Origin: Phycisphaerae bacterium | GTDB taxonomy: Bacteria; Planctomycetota; Phycisphaerae; UBA1845; Fen-1342 | Assembly: GCA_050115495.1 (NCBI GenBank) | Contig: JASFQK010000001.1 | Location: forward strand, 128,001-192,000 | DNA: 64,000 nucleotides | Reading direction: 5' to 3' | Shown here: in pieces, positions 41,113 through 50,566 of the stretch | How positions within the stretch are numbered: the stretch's first letter is position 1 | Layout of the letters: each line of letters starts with the position of its first letter | Translations under genes and position numbers: made by a program | The notes under the pieces: generated by a model | Told to the model about the DNA's origin: nothing | Seen by the model: the letters and a program-made list of their open reading frames with translations, nothing else | The model's database searches: none

Positions 41113-42954
41113 TCAAGCAGAATTTGCGCTACCTGTGCGTTGGTGGGCGGAGAGGTGGACAATGAGCATCGAGACGTCCGTTGGGTGGATGCCGCTGACG
41201 CGGGCGGCCTGGCCGATGCTACGGGGTTGGACGGCGGACCAGCGCTCGACGGCCTCGCGTCGGAGGTGGGGAATGCTCGCGAAGTCGAAGTCGGCGGGGA
41301 GGAGTTGGTCCTCGAGCTGGCGGAACCGCTCCACGGCGCGCTGTTCGCGTTCGAGGTAGCCGGCGTACTTCACCTCGACCAGCCCACGCGCCCAGACGTC
41401 GGCCTCGCTGGCGTAGACCGCCAGCTCGGGGAAGAGGGCGACAAATCGGCGGCCGTCTTCCTCGGGGCGCTTCAGCCACTCGTGCAGCGTACGGCCTTCG
41501 TGACGGAGCGTGCGGAGGGCGGCGAGCAGGTCCATTGTCCGGGAGCGCTTACGCTCGAAGCGCGCCCAGCGTTCATCGTCCACAAGGCCGATCTCGCGGC
41601 CGAGGGGTGTCAAGCGGGTGTCGGCGTTGTCGTAGCGCAGGTGCATGCGGTGCTCAGCGCGCGACGTGAACATGCGGTACGGCTCAGTGATTCCACGAGT
41701 GACGAGGTCGTCAATCATTACGCCGATGTAGGCCTGGTCGCGGCCGAGCGTAACCGGTTCCGAGCCGCCGATGTGCCGGACAGCGTTTACGCCGGCGAGG
41801 AGCCCCTGCCCTGCTGCCTCTTCGTAACCGCTGGTGCCGTTGATCTGGCCGGCGAGGAAGAGGTTAAGGATCGTCTTTGTCGCGAGGCCGGGAGTGATCT
41901 GTTCCGGAGGGATGAAGTCGTACTCGATGGCGTAGCCCCACTGCACGACGTGCGCGAGCTCGAGGCCGGGGATGCGGGCGACGATCGCCGCCTGGACGTC
42001 CTGCGGCAGTGACGTGCTGACGCCGTTGAGGTAGATGCGGTCGCTGTCGCGGCCCTCGGGTTCGAGGAAGAGTTGATGTTGCTTCTTGTCGGCGAAGCGG
42101 ATGATCTTGGTCTCGATGCTCGGGCAGTAGCGCGGGCCCTGCGATTGGATTTGGCCGGAGAAGAGCGGGGCGCGGTGCAGGTTGGCGCGGATGATCTCGT
42201 GGACGTCGGCGTTCGTAGCGCTCAGCCAGCAAGAGACTTGTGGCTGGGTGATGTGGTCGGTGAGGAAGGAGAACGGTGCCGGGTCGACGTCGCCGGCTTG
42301 TTCGGTGAGGCGCGAGAAGTCGATCGAGCGGCGATCGATGCGGGGCGGCGTGCCGGTCTTGAGGCGTTCGAGGCGCAGGCCGAGGGCGGCGAGCGAGGTG
42401 CTGAGGTCGTTCGCGGGCGGTTCGCCGATGCGGCCGCCGGGGGTCTGCTCTTCGCCCGTATGCATCAGCCCGCGGAGGAACGTGCCGGAAGCCACCACGA
42501 CGGCGCCGGCGGATAGCGTCCGGCCGTCGCCAAGTGTGACGCCGGTAACGCGACGTGTGTCGTCCGCAGCGACGATGGCGGACGCTTCGCCTTCGATGAT
42601 GTCGAGGTTGGGGCAGTTTTCGAGGTATCGCAGAAGGACGGCGGGGTAGAGGTCGCTGTCGATCTGGGCGCGCGGGGCCCAGACGGCGGGGCCCTTGCGG
42701 CGGTTGAGCATGCGGAACTGGATGCCGGCCTCGTCGGTGACGCGGCCCATGAGACCGCCGAGGGCGTCAATCTCGCGGACGATTTGTCCTTTGCCGATGC
42801 CGCCGACGGCGGGGTTGCAGGAGGGTCGGCCGATGGCGGCGCGGGCGAAGGTGATGAGCGCGGTCTTGGCGCCGAGGCGGGCGGCGGCCCAGGCGGCTTC
42901 GGCGCCGGCGTGTCCGCCGCCGATCACGATGACGTCAAAACAGGGCGCGGGCAT
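41113..42954 (-). CDS. mnmG: tRNA uridine 5-carboxymethylaminomethyl modification enzyme
   Basis: IGGGHAGAEAA, SCNPAVGGIGKG, RLKTGTPPR, GPRYCPSIE, GQINGTSGYEEAA, EPYRMFTSRAE. Confidence 0.97.
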   Translation of the reverse strand: MPAPCFDVIVIGGGHAGAEAAWAAARLGAKTALITFARAAIGRPSCNPAVGGIGKGQIVREIDALGGLMGRVTDEAGIQFRMLNRRKGPAVWAPRAQIDSDLYPAVLLRYLENCPNLDIIEGEASAIVAADDTRRVTGVTLGDGRTLSAGAVVVASGTFLRGLMHTGEEQTPGGRIGEPPANDLSTSLAALGLRLERLKTGTPPRIDRRSIDFSRLTEQAGDVDPAPFSFLTDHITQPQVSCWLSATNADVHEIIRANLHRAPLFSGQIQSQGPRYCPSIETKIIRFADKKQHQLFLEPEGRDSDRIYLNGVSTSLPQDVQAAIVARIPGLELAHVVQWGYAIEYDFIPPEQITPGLATKTILNLFLAGQINGTSGYEEAAGQGLLAGVNAVRHIGGSEPVTLGRDQAYIGVMIDDLVTRGITEPYRMFTSRAEHRMHLRYDNADTRLTPLGREIGLVDDERWARFERKRSRTMDLLAALRTLRHEGRTLHEWLKRPEEDGRRFVALFPELAVYASEADVWARGLVEVKYAGYLEREQRAVERFRQLEDQLLPADFDFASIPHLRREAVERWSAVQPRSIGQAARVSGIHPTDVSMLIVHLSAHQRTGSANSA

Positions 42955-42978
42955 AGGACTAATGAATATGGTAGCGGG

Positions 42979-44217
42979 TCATGGCGTGGGTGGGTTGGCC
43001 GGTTGTTGAAGGTGGAAGGTCTGGTGGACGGCCTGAAGGGCGCGGTCGGCGTTTGCTGTTCGCACCAAAACGCTGATTACGATTTCACTGGTGGAGATGT
43101 TCTCGATGTTGATCTCTTCGGCGGCGAGGGCGTCGAAGAGGCGGGCGGCGACGCCGGTGTGCGTGCGCATGCCGAGGCCGACGACGCTCAGCCGGGCGAG
43201 GTCGGGTTCGACGGCGACTTCGGCGGCGGTGTGGCGGGTGGCGATGAGCTCGGCGGCGGCCTGGGCGGCACCGATGACCTGGGCGTCGACGGTGAAGGCG
43301 ATGTTGGCCTTGGTACCGCCGGCGGAGGCGGTCTGGATGATGTCGTCGACGTTGATGCCCTGGCGGGCGAGGGGTTCGAAGATGGCGGCTTCGATGCCGG
43401 GGCGGTTGGGGAGGCCGACGATCGTGACGCGGCCGACGTCGCGCTTGAGCGAGCAGCCGCGGACGACCACTTCTTCGAGGTCGGGGGATTCGTTCATGAT
43501 GATGGTTCCGGGGTTGTCGGTGAGGCTGCTGCGCACGTGGATCGGGATGTTGAAGCGCTTGCCGAGTTCGACGGAGCGCGTGTGCATGACGCCGGCGCCG
43601 AGGGAGGCCAGCTCGAGCATCTCGTCGTAACTGATGCGCTCGATCCGGCGGGCGGTCGGGACCAGCCGCGGGTCGGCGGTGTAGACGCCGTCGACGTCGG
43701 TGTAGATCTCGCAGGCTTCGGCGTGCAGAGCGGCGGCGAGGGCGACGGCGGCGGTGTCGCTGCCGCCACGGCCGAGCGTGGTGATATTGAAGTCGGGGTC
43801 GACGCCCTGGAAGCCGGCGATGATGACGATGCGGCCCTGGTCGAGCAGCCGGCGGATGCGGTCGGCGTTGATGGAGCGGATGCGGGCCTGCGTGTGGTGG
43901 CTGTCGGTGAGCATGCCGACCTGGGCGCCGGTCAGGCTGATGGCGTCGTAGCCGGCTTCGTGGATCGCCATGGCAACGAGGGCGATGCTGACCTGCTCGC
44001 CCGTGGCCAGGAGCATGTCCATTTCGCGCTTGGAGGGGTGGCGGGTGACCTGGTAGGCGAGGCGGACGAGTTCGTCCGTCGTGTCGCCCATCGCCGAGAC
44101 GACGAGGACGACCTGGCGGCCTTCGAGCATCGCGCGCACGGCCCGCCGGGCGGCGAGGTGGATGCGAAACGCGTCGCCGACGCTGGTGCCACCGAATTTT
44201 TGGACGAGGATGGGCAT
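42979..44217 (-). CDS. lysC: aspartate kinase
   Basis: [38 protein letters not shown], two ACT domains. Confidence 0.96.
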   Translation of the reverse strand: MPILVQKFGGTSVGDAFRIHLAARRAVRAMLEGRQVVLVVSAMGDTTDELVRLAYQVTRHPSKREMDMLLATGEQVSIALVAMAIHEAGYDAISLTGAQVGMLTDSHHTQARIRSINADRIRRLLDQGRIVIIAGFQGVDPDFNITTLGRGGSDTAAVALAAALHAEACEIYTDVDGVYTADPRLVPTARRIERISYDEMLELASLGAGVMHTRSVELGKRFNIPIHVRSSLTDNPGTIIMNESPDLEEVVVRGCSLKRDVGRVTIVGLPNRPGIEAAIFEPLARQGINVDDIIQTASAGGTKANIAFTVDAQVIGAAQAAAELIATRHTAAEVAVEPDLARLSVVGLGMRTHTGVAARLFDALAAEEINIENISTSEIVISVLVRTANADRALQAVHQTFHLQQPANPPTP

Positions 44218-44219
44218 GG
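44147..44219. repeat. 73-bp direct repeat, copy A (lysC 5' end)
   Basis: Matches 46895-46967 with 2 synonymous mismatches. Confidence 0.95.
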
Positions 44220-46894
44220 CATTTTGGGGCGGCGGGGTCTCCGATTCCGCGGTGACATTATACCGCGGGGAAGGCGGGAGGCCTGGCGCGCGTTTGCGGC
44301 AGCCCCAAGTCTGAGGTTTTCGGTCACGGCGAGTGCATGAGGCGGGCGTTGAGTGGAGGAGGGGTCGCCGCGGAACCGGGGTTGTCTGCGAGCGTGGTCA
44401 TCGCACGTTGCGGCACCGCGTTTCAGGATGTCGCTGCGAGCGACGCCCACGGCTCGGCTCGCAGGTTGGGCATTTGCAGGAGCAGGGACCGTACTTCGGA
44501 GTTGCGGGCTCGGACAGGATGGACAACGAAGTTGCCGCGTCCGTCACTTCGTTTGCTCAACCACCCTTGCCGTTCAAGTTTGGTGGTTATTCGTCTGGCC
44601 AAAGCGACCATTCCCGGGTCAATGCCCCGAAGGAGGGCCGACATGTTCCGTCCCCTGCCGTGTTGGAGGTAGACCTTCCTGAGGACAATAATGCCGAGCT
44701 TGACAGCGTCCGGCACCGCCATCTCCATGACCTCGGCGTTCGTGTTCGGAAAGTTGAATCGTAACACCGTCGCATGAAGCCACGTTGGCAGTTCGCCCTG
44801 CTGTGATGCCCCATCCAAGACACCGATGAGGCAATCGACGAAGCGGACGCCATCGGGGGCGGAGGCGCTCCCGATGCTAAGCAGGTCGAAGCAGCAATCC
44901 TCGAACGTGACGTCCCGGATGCTCCAGTCGTCAAGCACCACCGCACTGATGAAGGCATTTGCAATCACCAATTCTCGGTAGCTAACCGACCCAGCCATGT
45001 GTGCACTTGTACATACCGCATCAGCAAGTAACGTTGGGTCACACGAGTGACGTGCGCTTTCGTGCGCCCAGGTTACGAGGTCCTTTGCCTTTGCGCTGGA
45101 TGCGCAGAGCACGCTCGACGCGACCATTTGCCCGAGTGTGCCCAGAGGGTGCCTAATGGGCTGATCCTGCATACTGTCATTCAGAACTCCCCGCACGAGA
45201 CGTGCGATCCCCATTCCCGCCAGCGCATCAGCCCATTCCTCATCCACGAACCACTTGCGTCCTTCTCCGCGAAATGTGATTCCTGGAAGACGCTGCAGTA
45301 TAGTCCAAGCGTCTTGGTCGGGCTGATGGCCGGTGGCGAGGCGAAACGCATGTTCCAGGTCTGTGTCTGCGATCGGTCCGAGGATCTGTGGCTCTCGTCG
45401 CATGACATGCGCAAGGCTGGCCAGGACGCCCACAATTGCGTCCTTGTCCATGGCTGTCGCGATCTTCGCCTCTCGACCACAGATCATGTTGATGACCTGT
45501 CGCCAGGCATCTCCAACATCGTCCTCTTCCACGATGCCGGTTATTTCGTTGATGTAGCCAGTCTGCGCGAGATAGCTGAGAAGCAGTGGCCGCCGAGGTA
45601 ACCATCGGGAGAGCCGCGCTTCGATATTGTACTGCTTGAGGAATGTAGCGGCTTCGTTGGCCGCAAGCTCGCGAAGCTCCAGAATGGTTACCGCATCTGG
45701 GCTGATATCGAGAGCTTGACAGAGTTCCTCTTCGGACGGAAAGTAGTGTGTGCGGCCACTGATCAACACGCCGCACTTGCTGGGTCGCTGCTCCAGTATA
45801 CGCCGGACTGCAGTCAGCGCTTTCCGACGTACTTTGTCCAATGTAAGGCGATCGTATGCCCAAGGTTGAGGGGCAACCTCGTCGAAGCCGTCGAGAAGCA
45901 GGGTGATGAAGCCCTCCTGCCATGCCCGAAACAACTGCAGTCCGGCGATGCTCCCAAGCTTCTGTGCATGACGGAGGAACACTTCATCTGGGGACTCCTG
46001 GCCCCAGTGTTCGCGGAGGTTAATGGCCACGGGGAAGGGGGCCAACAGCGTTTGATCGGACTCGAGGCGGCGGTATACATCACGGGTGGTCAGGCTCTTG
46101 CCCGCGCCGAAATCCCCCAGCAAGATGACGACCTTGCCGGCGCGCAGTTGTGCGACAATCCAGTCGATATCTACGTCCTTGCTTGCAGAGCGCAGCAGTA
46201 TGGGCGTTGCATATCGAGGAAGGTCGTTCGTGGCCACTTTGCCGAGGGGATCTGCCGCGCTGCCAAAGCTGTGTAGTGGACGCAGATGTTGATACTCGGT
46301 TCGGCACAGGACTGGCTCGCTGAACTCTTCGGCGCTGACCAAAGACACGCCCGAGGAGCGGGCAAGTTGCCGCTGCTGGGGTGTGGGATCCACGAGCATG
46401 ACCATCCACGGTTCGACAACGAAGGCTGTCTTGCCCTCTTCGCGCTTCGCGGCCACGAGTTTGTTCATGTCGGCGCGGACTTTTTCCATGTCGCGCTCAA
46501 TTGTGGCCTCAACGAGGTACGTACGGTCGTTCAGCCGCAAGACGCCGTCGATTTGGCTTCCGGCGAGGGTCTCAGAGCCGCCGCTTGCGCCTGGCCAGCG
46601 GACTTTGGCCAAGCGGCGCACATATGCCTCAAACTCATCTGGTCGCATGGGCGGTTGCCTCCAAACATGGTGGCTGGAAGGGCAAAACTGATAGTTCAGA
46701 CGGCCTTGGGTAAGAGCCAAGCCTGTCGGATACCGCACTGCAACATCTGAAGAAGGCAGAACACCCCAACTGCATGTCCACCAGAATGAGTATACCGCGA
46801 GGGGGGGCGCGGCACAAGAGACCTCAAGGAAGGGAGCTGTCGCGCCAGGGTTGGTCCCGTGGTTCTGGTGTGCGTTGGAGGCGTTTTCGCGTCG
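44220..46894. mobile_element. integrase-less genomic islet inserted at the lysC 5' end
   Basis: Flanked by 73-bp direct repeats 2748 bp apart; lower GC and foreign codon use; single cargo gene. Confidence 0.75.
44423..46648 (-). CDS. restriction-endonuclease-like domain + NACHT (STAND) NTPase, putative anti-phage protein
   Basis: DEFEAYV...IDGV...LVEAT N-terminus, Walker A GDFGAGKS, INLR, Walker B LLLDGFDEV, ISGR..YF, RPLLL; GGAGG RBS before ATG 46648. Confidence 0.82.
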   Translation of the reverse strand: MRPDEFEAYVRRLAKVRWPGASGGSETLAGSQIDGVLRLNDRTYLVEATIERDMEKVRADMNKLVAAKREEGKTAFVVEPWMVMLVDPTPQQRQLARSSGVSLVSAEEFSEPVLCRTEYQHLRPLHSFGSAADPLGKVATNDLPRYATPILLRSASKDVDIDWIVAQLRAGKVVILLGDFGAGKSLTTRDVYRRLESDQTLLAPFPVAINLREHWGQESPDEVFLRHAQKLGSIAGLQLFRAWQEGFITLLLDGFDEVAPQPWAYDRLTLDKVRRKALTAVRRILEQRPSKCGVLISGRTHYFPSEEELCQALDISPDAVTILELRELAANEAATFLKQYNIEARLSRWLPRRPLLLSYLAQTGYINEITGIVEEDDVGDAWRQVINMICGREAKIATAMDKDAIVGVLASLAHVMRREPQILGPIADTDLEHAFRLATGHQPDQDAWTILQRLPGITFRGEGRKWFVDEEWADALAGMGIARLVRGVLNDSMQDQPIRHPLGTLGQMVASSVLCASSAKAKDLVTWAHESARHSCDPTLLADAVCTSAHMAGSVSYRELVIANAFISAVVLDDWSIRDVTFEDCCFDLLSIGSASAPDGVRFVDCLIGVLDGASQQGELPTWLHATVLRFNFPNTNAEVMEMAVPDAVKLGIIVLRKVYLQHGRGRNMSALLRGIDPGMVALARRITTKLERQGWLSKRSDGRGNFVVHPVRARNSEVRSLLLQMPNLRAEPWASLAATS

Positions 46895-46967
46895 CGGGCG
46901 GCGAGGTGGATGCGAAAGGCGTCGCCGACGCTGGTGCCACCGAATTTCTGGACGAGGATGGGCATGG
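46895..46967 (-). pseudogene. duplicated lysC 5' fragment (direct repeat copy B)
   Basis: Encodes [24 protein letters not shown], then diverges into non-lysC sequence (ORF to 46696). Confidence 0.9.
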
Positions 46968-47166
46968 GGTTAGGGTGCGGACGATTCAGTTGGTGCCGCG
47001 CGGGGGATTATACCGCGGCGGGAGGAGGGAGTCAGAAGTCAGGAGTCAGAAGGCGCGAGGGCGGGCGCGTGATGAGGAGGACGGAGGAGATTTGAGATCT
47101 CAGATTGGCGGCCGCCCAGGGCGAGCGGCGGTTGCGTAGAGATACAGGCGAGGAGATGCGGATTGA

Positions 47167-47196
47167 GGCACTGGTGGGCAAGCCACCAGTGGCACC
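47167..47196. repeat. REP-like palindrome
   Basis: Identical 30-mer at 18832-18861; just after queA stop. Confidence 0.8.
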
Positions 47197-47213
47197 GAGC
47201 GATGGTTGGTGCG

Positions 47214-48251
47214 TTAGAGGATCAGCATGGCGTCGCCGTAGCTGTAGAAGCGGTAGGCGCGGGTGATGGCTTCGGTGTAGGCGGTGAGGATTTGGTCGCG
47301 GGTGGCGAAGGCCATGACGAGGGCTAGTAATGTGCTGCCGGGGAGGTGGAAGTTGGTGATCAGGCGGTCCACGTGGCGGAACGTGTACGGGGGGTAGATG
47401 AAGATGTTGGTCCAGCCCGAGGCCGGGGCGGTGTCGAGGGCTGGTAGGGATTCGAGGACGCGGACGGACGTCGTGCCGACCGCGACGAGACGGCCGCCGG
47501 CGGCGCGGGTCTGACGCAGCGTGGCGAGCGCGGGGGCGGCGATGTCGTACCACTCGGCGTGCATGGGGTGATCGGCGAGGTCGTCCACCTCGATCGGGGC
47601 GAAGGTGCCGAGGCCGACGTGTAGGGTGACATTCGCCTGGCCGACGCCGGCGGCGGACAGGTGGGCGAGCAGCTCGGACGTGAAGTGCAGGCCGGCGGTC
47701 GGGGCGGCGACAGCGCCGGGACGGTTGGCGAAGACGGTCTGATAACGCTCGCGGTCCGCCTGGTCGGGCTCGCCGTGGCGGCCGGCGGTGTCGGGACGGA
47801 TGTAGGGCGGCAGGGGCGGCTGGCCGGCGCGGTCGAGGAACTCGATCGCGGGGACATCGGGGTCGGGCCGGGCCTGCCAGGCGCCACGCTGGCCGCGGTC
47901 GGTTAGGATGAGGTCGCCGCCGGCGTCGCAAGTCAGGCGTTCGCCGACCTTCAGCCGGGCGGAGGGCTTCAGGAGCAGGTGCCAAAGCCCGGCCTCTTCG
48001 CGGAGGAAAAGGGCCTCGATCCGACCGCCGGTGGCGCGGCGGCAGAAGAACCGGGCGGGTATGACGCGGGTGTCGTTGAGGATGAGGCAGTCGCCGGGAT
48101 CGAGGTATTCGGGCAGGTCGCGGAAGGTGCGGTGCTCGATGCGGCCGGTGTCGCGGTGGAGGACGAGGAGTCGGGAGGCGTCCCGGGGCTCCGCCGGCCG
48201 CTGGGCGATGAGGTTGGGGGGCAGGTCGTAGTGAAGATCAGCGAGGCGCAT
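47214..48251 (-). CDS. queA: S-adenosylmethionine:tRNA ribosyltransferase-isomerase
   Basis: LIAQRP, NDTRVIPAR, PLPPYI, AAPTAGLHF, TLHVGLGTF, TNFHLP, RFYSYGDAM. Confidence 0.97.
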   Translation of the reverse strand: MRLADLHYDLPPNLIAQRPAEPRDASRLLVLHRDTGRIEHRTFRDLPEYLDPGDCLILNDTRVIPARFFCRRATGGRIEALFLREEAGLWHLLLKPSARLKVGERLTCDAGGDLILTDRGQRGAWQARPDPDVPAIEFLDRAGQPPLPPYIRPDTAGRHGEPDQADRERYQTVFANRPGAVAAPTAGLHFTSELLAHLSAAGVGQANVTLHVGLGTFAPIEVDDLADHPMHAEWYDIAAPALATLRQTRAAGGRLVAVGTTSVRVLESLPALDTAPASGWTNIFIYPPYTFRHVDRLITNFHLPGSTLLALVMAFATRDQILTAYTEAITRAYRFYSYGDAMLIL

Positions 48252-48372
48252 GGGTGGCGGGTCACCATTCCAATCGAGGGCACGGTCTATAAGCGCATCG
48301 CCGAGGATGCTGCTCTAGAATAGGCGGTGGTTTGGTGGGAAACCAGCCACCCGTGGCCGATGGAGGCGAGAC

Positions 48373-49476
48373 ATGGATCGGCCGGACACTGTCGTGGTTC
48401 GGGGTCGTTGTGCGTGCGGGAAGCGGTATCGGATCGCGAACGCCCGCCCGGACGTGGTGGTGTCGTGTCCGCATTGCCGACGGGCGATACGGATCACGGC
48501 GGCCGACCTGCAAGCCGCCGCCGCCGGGATGCAGCTCAAGCCGATGCAGCCGACGGATTCATCGGACCTGGAGCTGGTCCCGATGGAGTCGCAGACGCTA
48601 CGGCCGGCGGGTGTGGGGAGCGAGGTGGGGTTGACGGGTCAGCGGGAGGTGGGGTCGGACGAAGTGGCGGCGTCGGGGGCGCAGCAACGGGTGCCGTCGC
48701 GGCCGCCGGTCATGGCGATGGCTGGGGGGCCGGACGGCTCGCCGATGGGGCGGCGGGGGTTCGTGAGTGACCTGGTGTCGAGCTTCTGGTTCGCCGGGCA
48801 GGCCCAGAATGCGTTCAACCTGCTGGCGGTCGCCGCCGGTCTGTCAGTGCCGCTGATCGCGGCGAGTCTGCTCGGCATGGTGTTCGGCCTGTTCGGGGCG
48901 ATCATCGGGTTGTTGTTCGTGGCTTTTGCGGTCGTCTACGCGGTGCAGTTCTATTGGCGGACGATGACGGACACGGCCGGGGGCGAGGATAACATCCCGC
49001 TGATTCAGGCAGACGTCGACATCGTGGACGATGCGGTGAAGCCCGCGATGTGGATGTTGGTGATCACGCTGGCGTGCACGTTTCCGGCGATCCTGACGTA
49101 CTGGTACGCGCCGGACGTCCCGTGGCGGCAGGCGGCGGTGCTGGGCGTGCTCGGGGTGGGCTCGCTGCTGTGGCCGATGGCGTTGCTGTCGGTGGCCATC
49201 GGGCAGAACCTAGCGTTTCTCCGGCCGGACTGGCTGGTGCGGAGCATCGTGGCGGTGGGGCCGGTGTACCTGCTGGCCTGCGCGCAGACGGCGGCGGTGC
49301 TGGTGGCCCTGTACCTGCTGCTGACCACGGACGTGGACACCGGTTTGCCGTCGATCGTGCAGTTCGTGTACATGGTGCTGTGGATCCTCGGGGGGCTGTA
49401 TCTGGGCTACGTGCTGTTTCGGACGCTGGGGCTGCTATACCGCCATTTCGGTCATCGGTTTCCCTGGCAGTTCTGA
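48373..49476 (+). CDS. membrane protein with N-terminal zinc finger
   Basis: CACGKRY...CPHC, then 5-6 TM helices; GGAGG RBS. Confidence 0.75.
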   Translation: MDRPDTVVVRGRCACGKRYRIANARPDVVVSCPHCRRAIRITAADLQAAAAGMQLKPMQPTDSSDLELVPMESQTLRPAGVGSEVGLTGQREVGSDEVAASGAQQRVPSRPPVMAMAGGPDGSPMGRRGFVSDLVSSFWFAGQAQNAFNLLAVAAGLSVPLIAASLLGMVFGLFGAIIGLLFVAFAVVYAVQFYWRTMTDTAGGEDNIPLIQADVDIVDDAVKPAMWMLVITLACTFPAILTYWYAPDVPWRQAAVLGVLGVGSLLWPMALLSVAIGQNLAFLRPDWLVRSIVAVGPVYLLACAQTAAVLVALYLLLTTDVDTGLPSIVQFVYMVLWILGGLYLGYVLFRTLGLLYRHFGHRFPWQF

Positions 49477-49571
49477 GGCGGGGCGCGCGGGGGACGATAA
49501 TTCACTTGTGCGTCTGCGCGCCTGAGTTATACTCCGATCAGGATGCGGACACGGAGGTCTGCGAGCAAAAC

Positions 49572-50552
49572 ATGCGTTCACGACACGTCCAAGTAGTTGT
49601 TTCCCTCGATCGAGTTCGTGCTTCCGCCGAAGCGATCCGCCGATCCGTGCGGGCGCGGCTGATTGCCGTGGTGAAGGCGGATGCGTACGGGTTGGGCGCG
49701 CCGCAGGTGGCGGATGCGCTGGCCTCGGTCGTGGATGAGTTCGCGTATTTCTCGATCCACGAAGCCCGCGAAGTCGGCCGGGCCGGAGTGGTACTCGGAC
49801 CACCCGATTGCGACGCGGCCGCGTACCGCGAGTTGAACCTGCGCCCGCCGGTGGCGAACCTCGAACAGGCGGCGCGCTTCGCGGGTCTGCCCGTCGCGGT
49901 GAAGGTGGACACGGGCATGCAACGGTTCGGCTGTCCGCCGGAGGGGCTGGACGCGCTGTTGAAGAGCTGCCACGCGGTGGACATCTTCACGCACGCGATG
50001 GAGCTGCCGGCGGTGCGGCGGCTGCGCGAGCTGTGCGGCGGACGCGGGCCGTGGCTGCACGCGGCGTCGACGTCGCTGTTGGGTTGTGAGGAGGCGTGGC
50101 TCGACGGCGTGCGGCCGGGACTGGCGCTGTATCGCGGCGCGGCGCGCGTGTCGGTGCCGCTGCAACTGGTGCGGGACACGTCCGGCGGCGTCGGGTATAC
50201 GCAGTTCACCTGTCCGCGCGTCGGCGTCATTCTTGCCGGCTACAGCAATCACCTGCGCCAGGCGCCGGTGGTCATCAACGGGCGTCGGCAGCAGTTGCTC
50301 GAAGTGGGCATGAACACGGCGTTCGTCTCGGTCGATCCGCGTGACCGGGCGGGCGACGACGTGGTGCTGCTGGGCGACGGGCTGACCGAGGCGGAACTCG
50401 CTGGACACTTCGGCTGCCGCGAGCACGAAATTCTGTGCATGTACACGGCGATGGGTCAGCGCAGCCACGTGACGGCGCCGGCGGGTGGAACGCCGACGGA
50501 GGGTTGCTGCCGGGCGCCGGCGACTGGACAGGCCTGTACGTCGGGCTCGTAG
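49572..50552 (+). CDS. alr: alanine racemase (compact)
   Basis: AVVKADAYGLG, KVDTGMQRFG, VRPGLALY, VGY, GY, VGMN, E..C. Confidence 0.82.
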   Translation: MRSRHVQVVVSLDRVRASAEAIRRSVRARLIAVVKADAYGLGAPQVADALASVVDEFAYFSIHEAREVGRAGVVLGPPDCDAAAYRELNLRPPVANLEQAARFAGLPVAVKVDTGMQRFGCPPEGLDALLKSCHAVDIFTHAMELPAVRRLRELCGGRGPWLHAASTSLLGCEEAWLDGVRPGLALYRGAARVSVPLQLVRDTSGGVGYTQFTCPRVGVILAGYSNHLRQAPVVINGRRQQLLEVGMNTAFVSVDPRDRAGDDVVLLGDGLTEAELAGHFGCREHEILCMYTAMGQRSHVTAPAGGTPTEGCCRAPATGQACTSGS

Positions 50553-50566
50553 CGACGGGGGATGGT

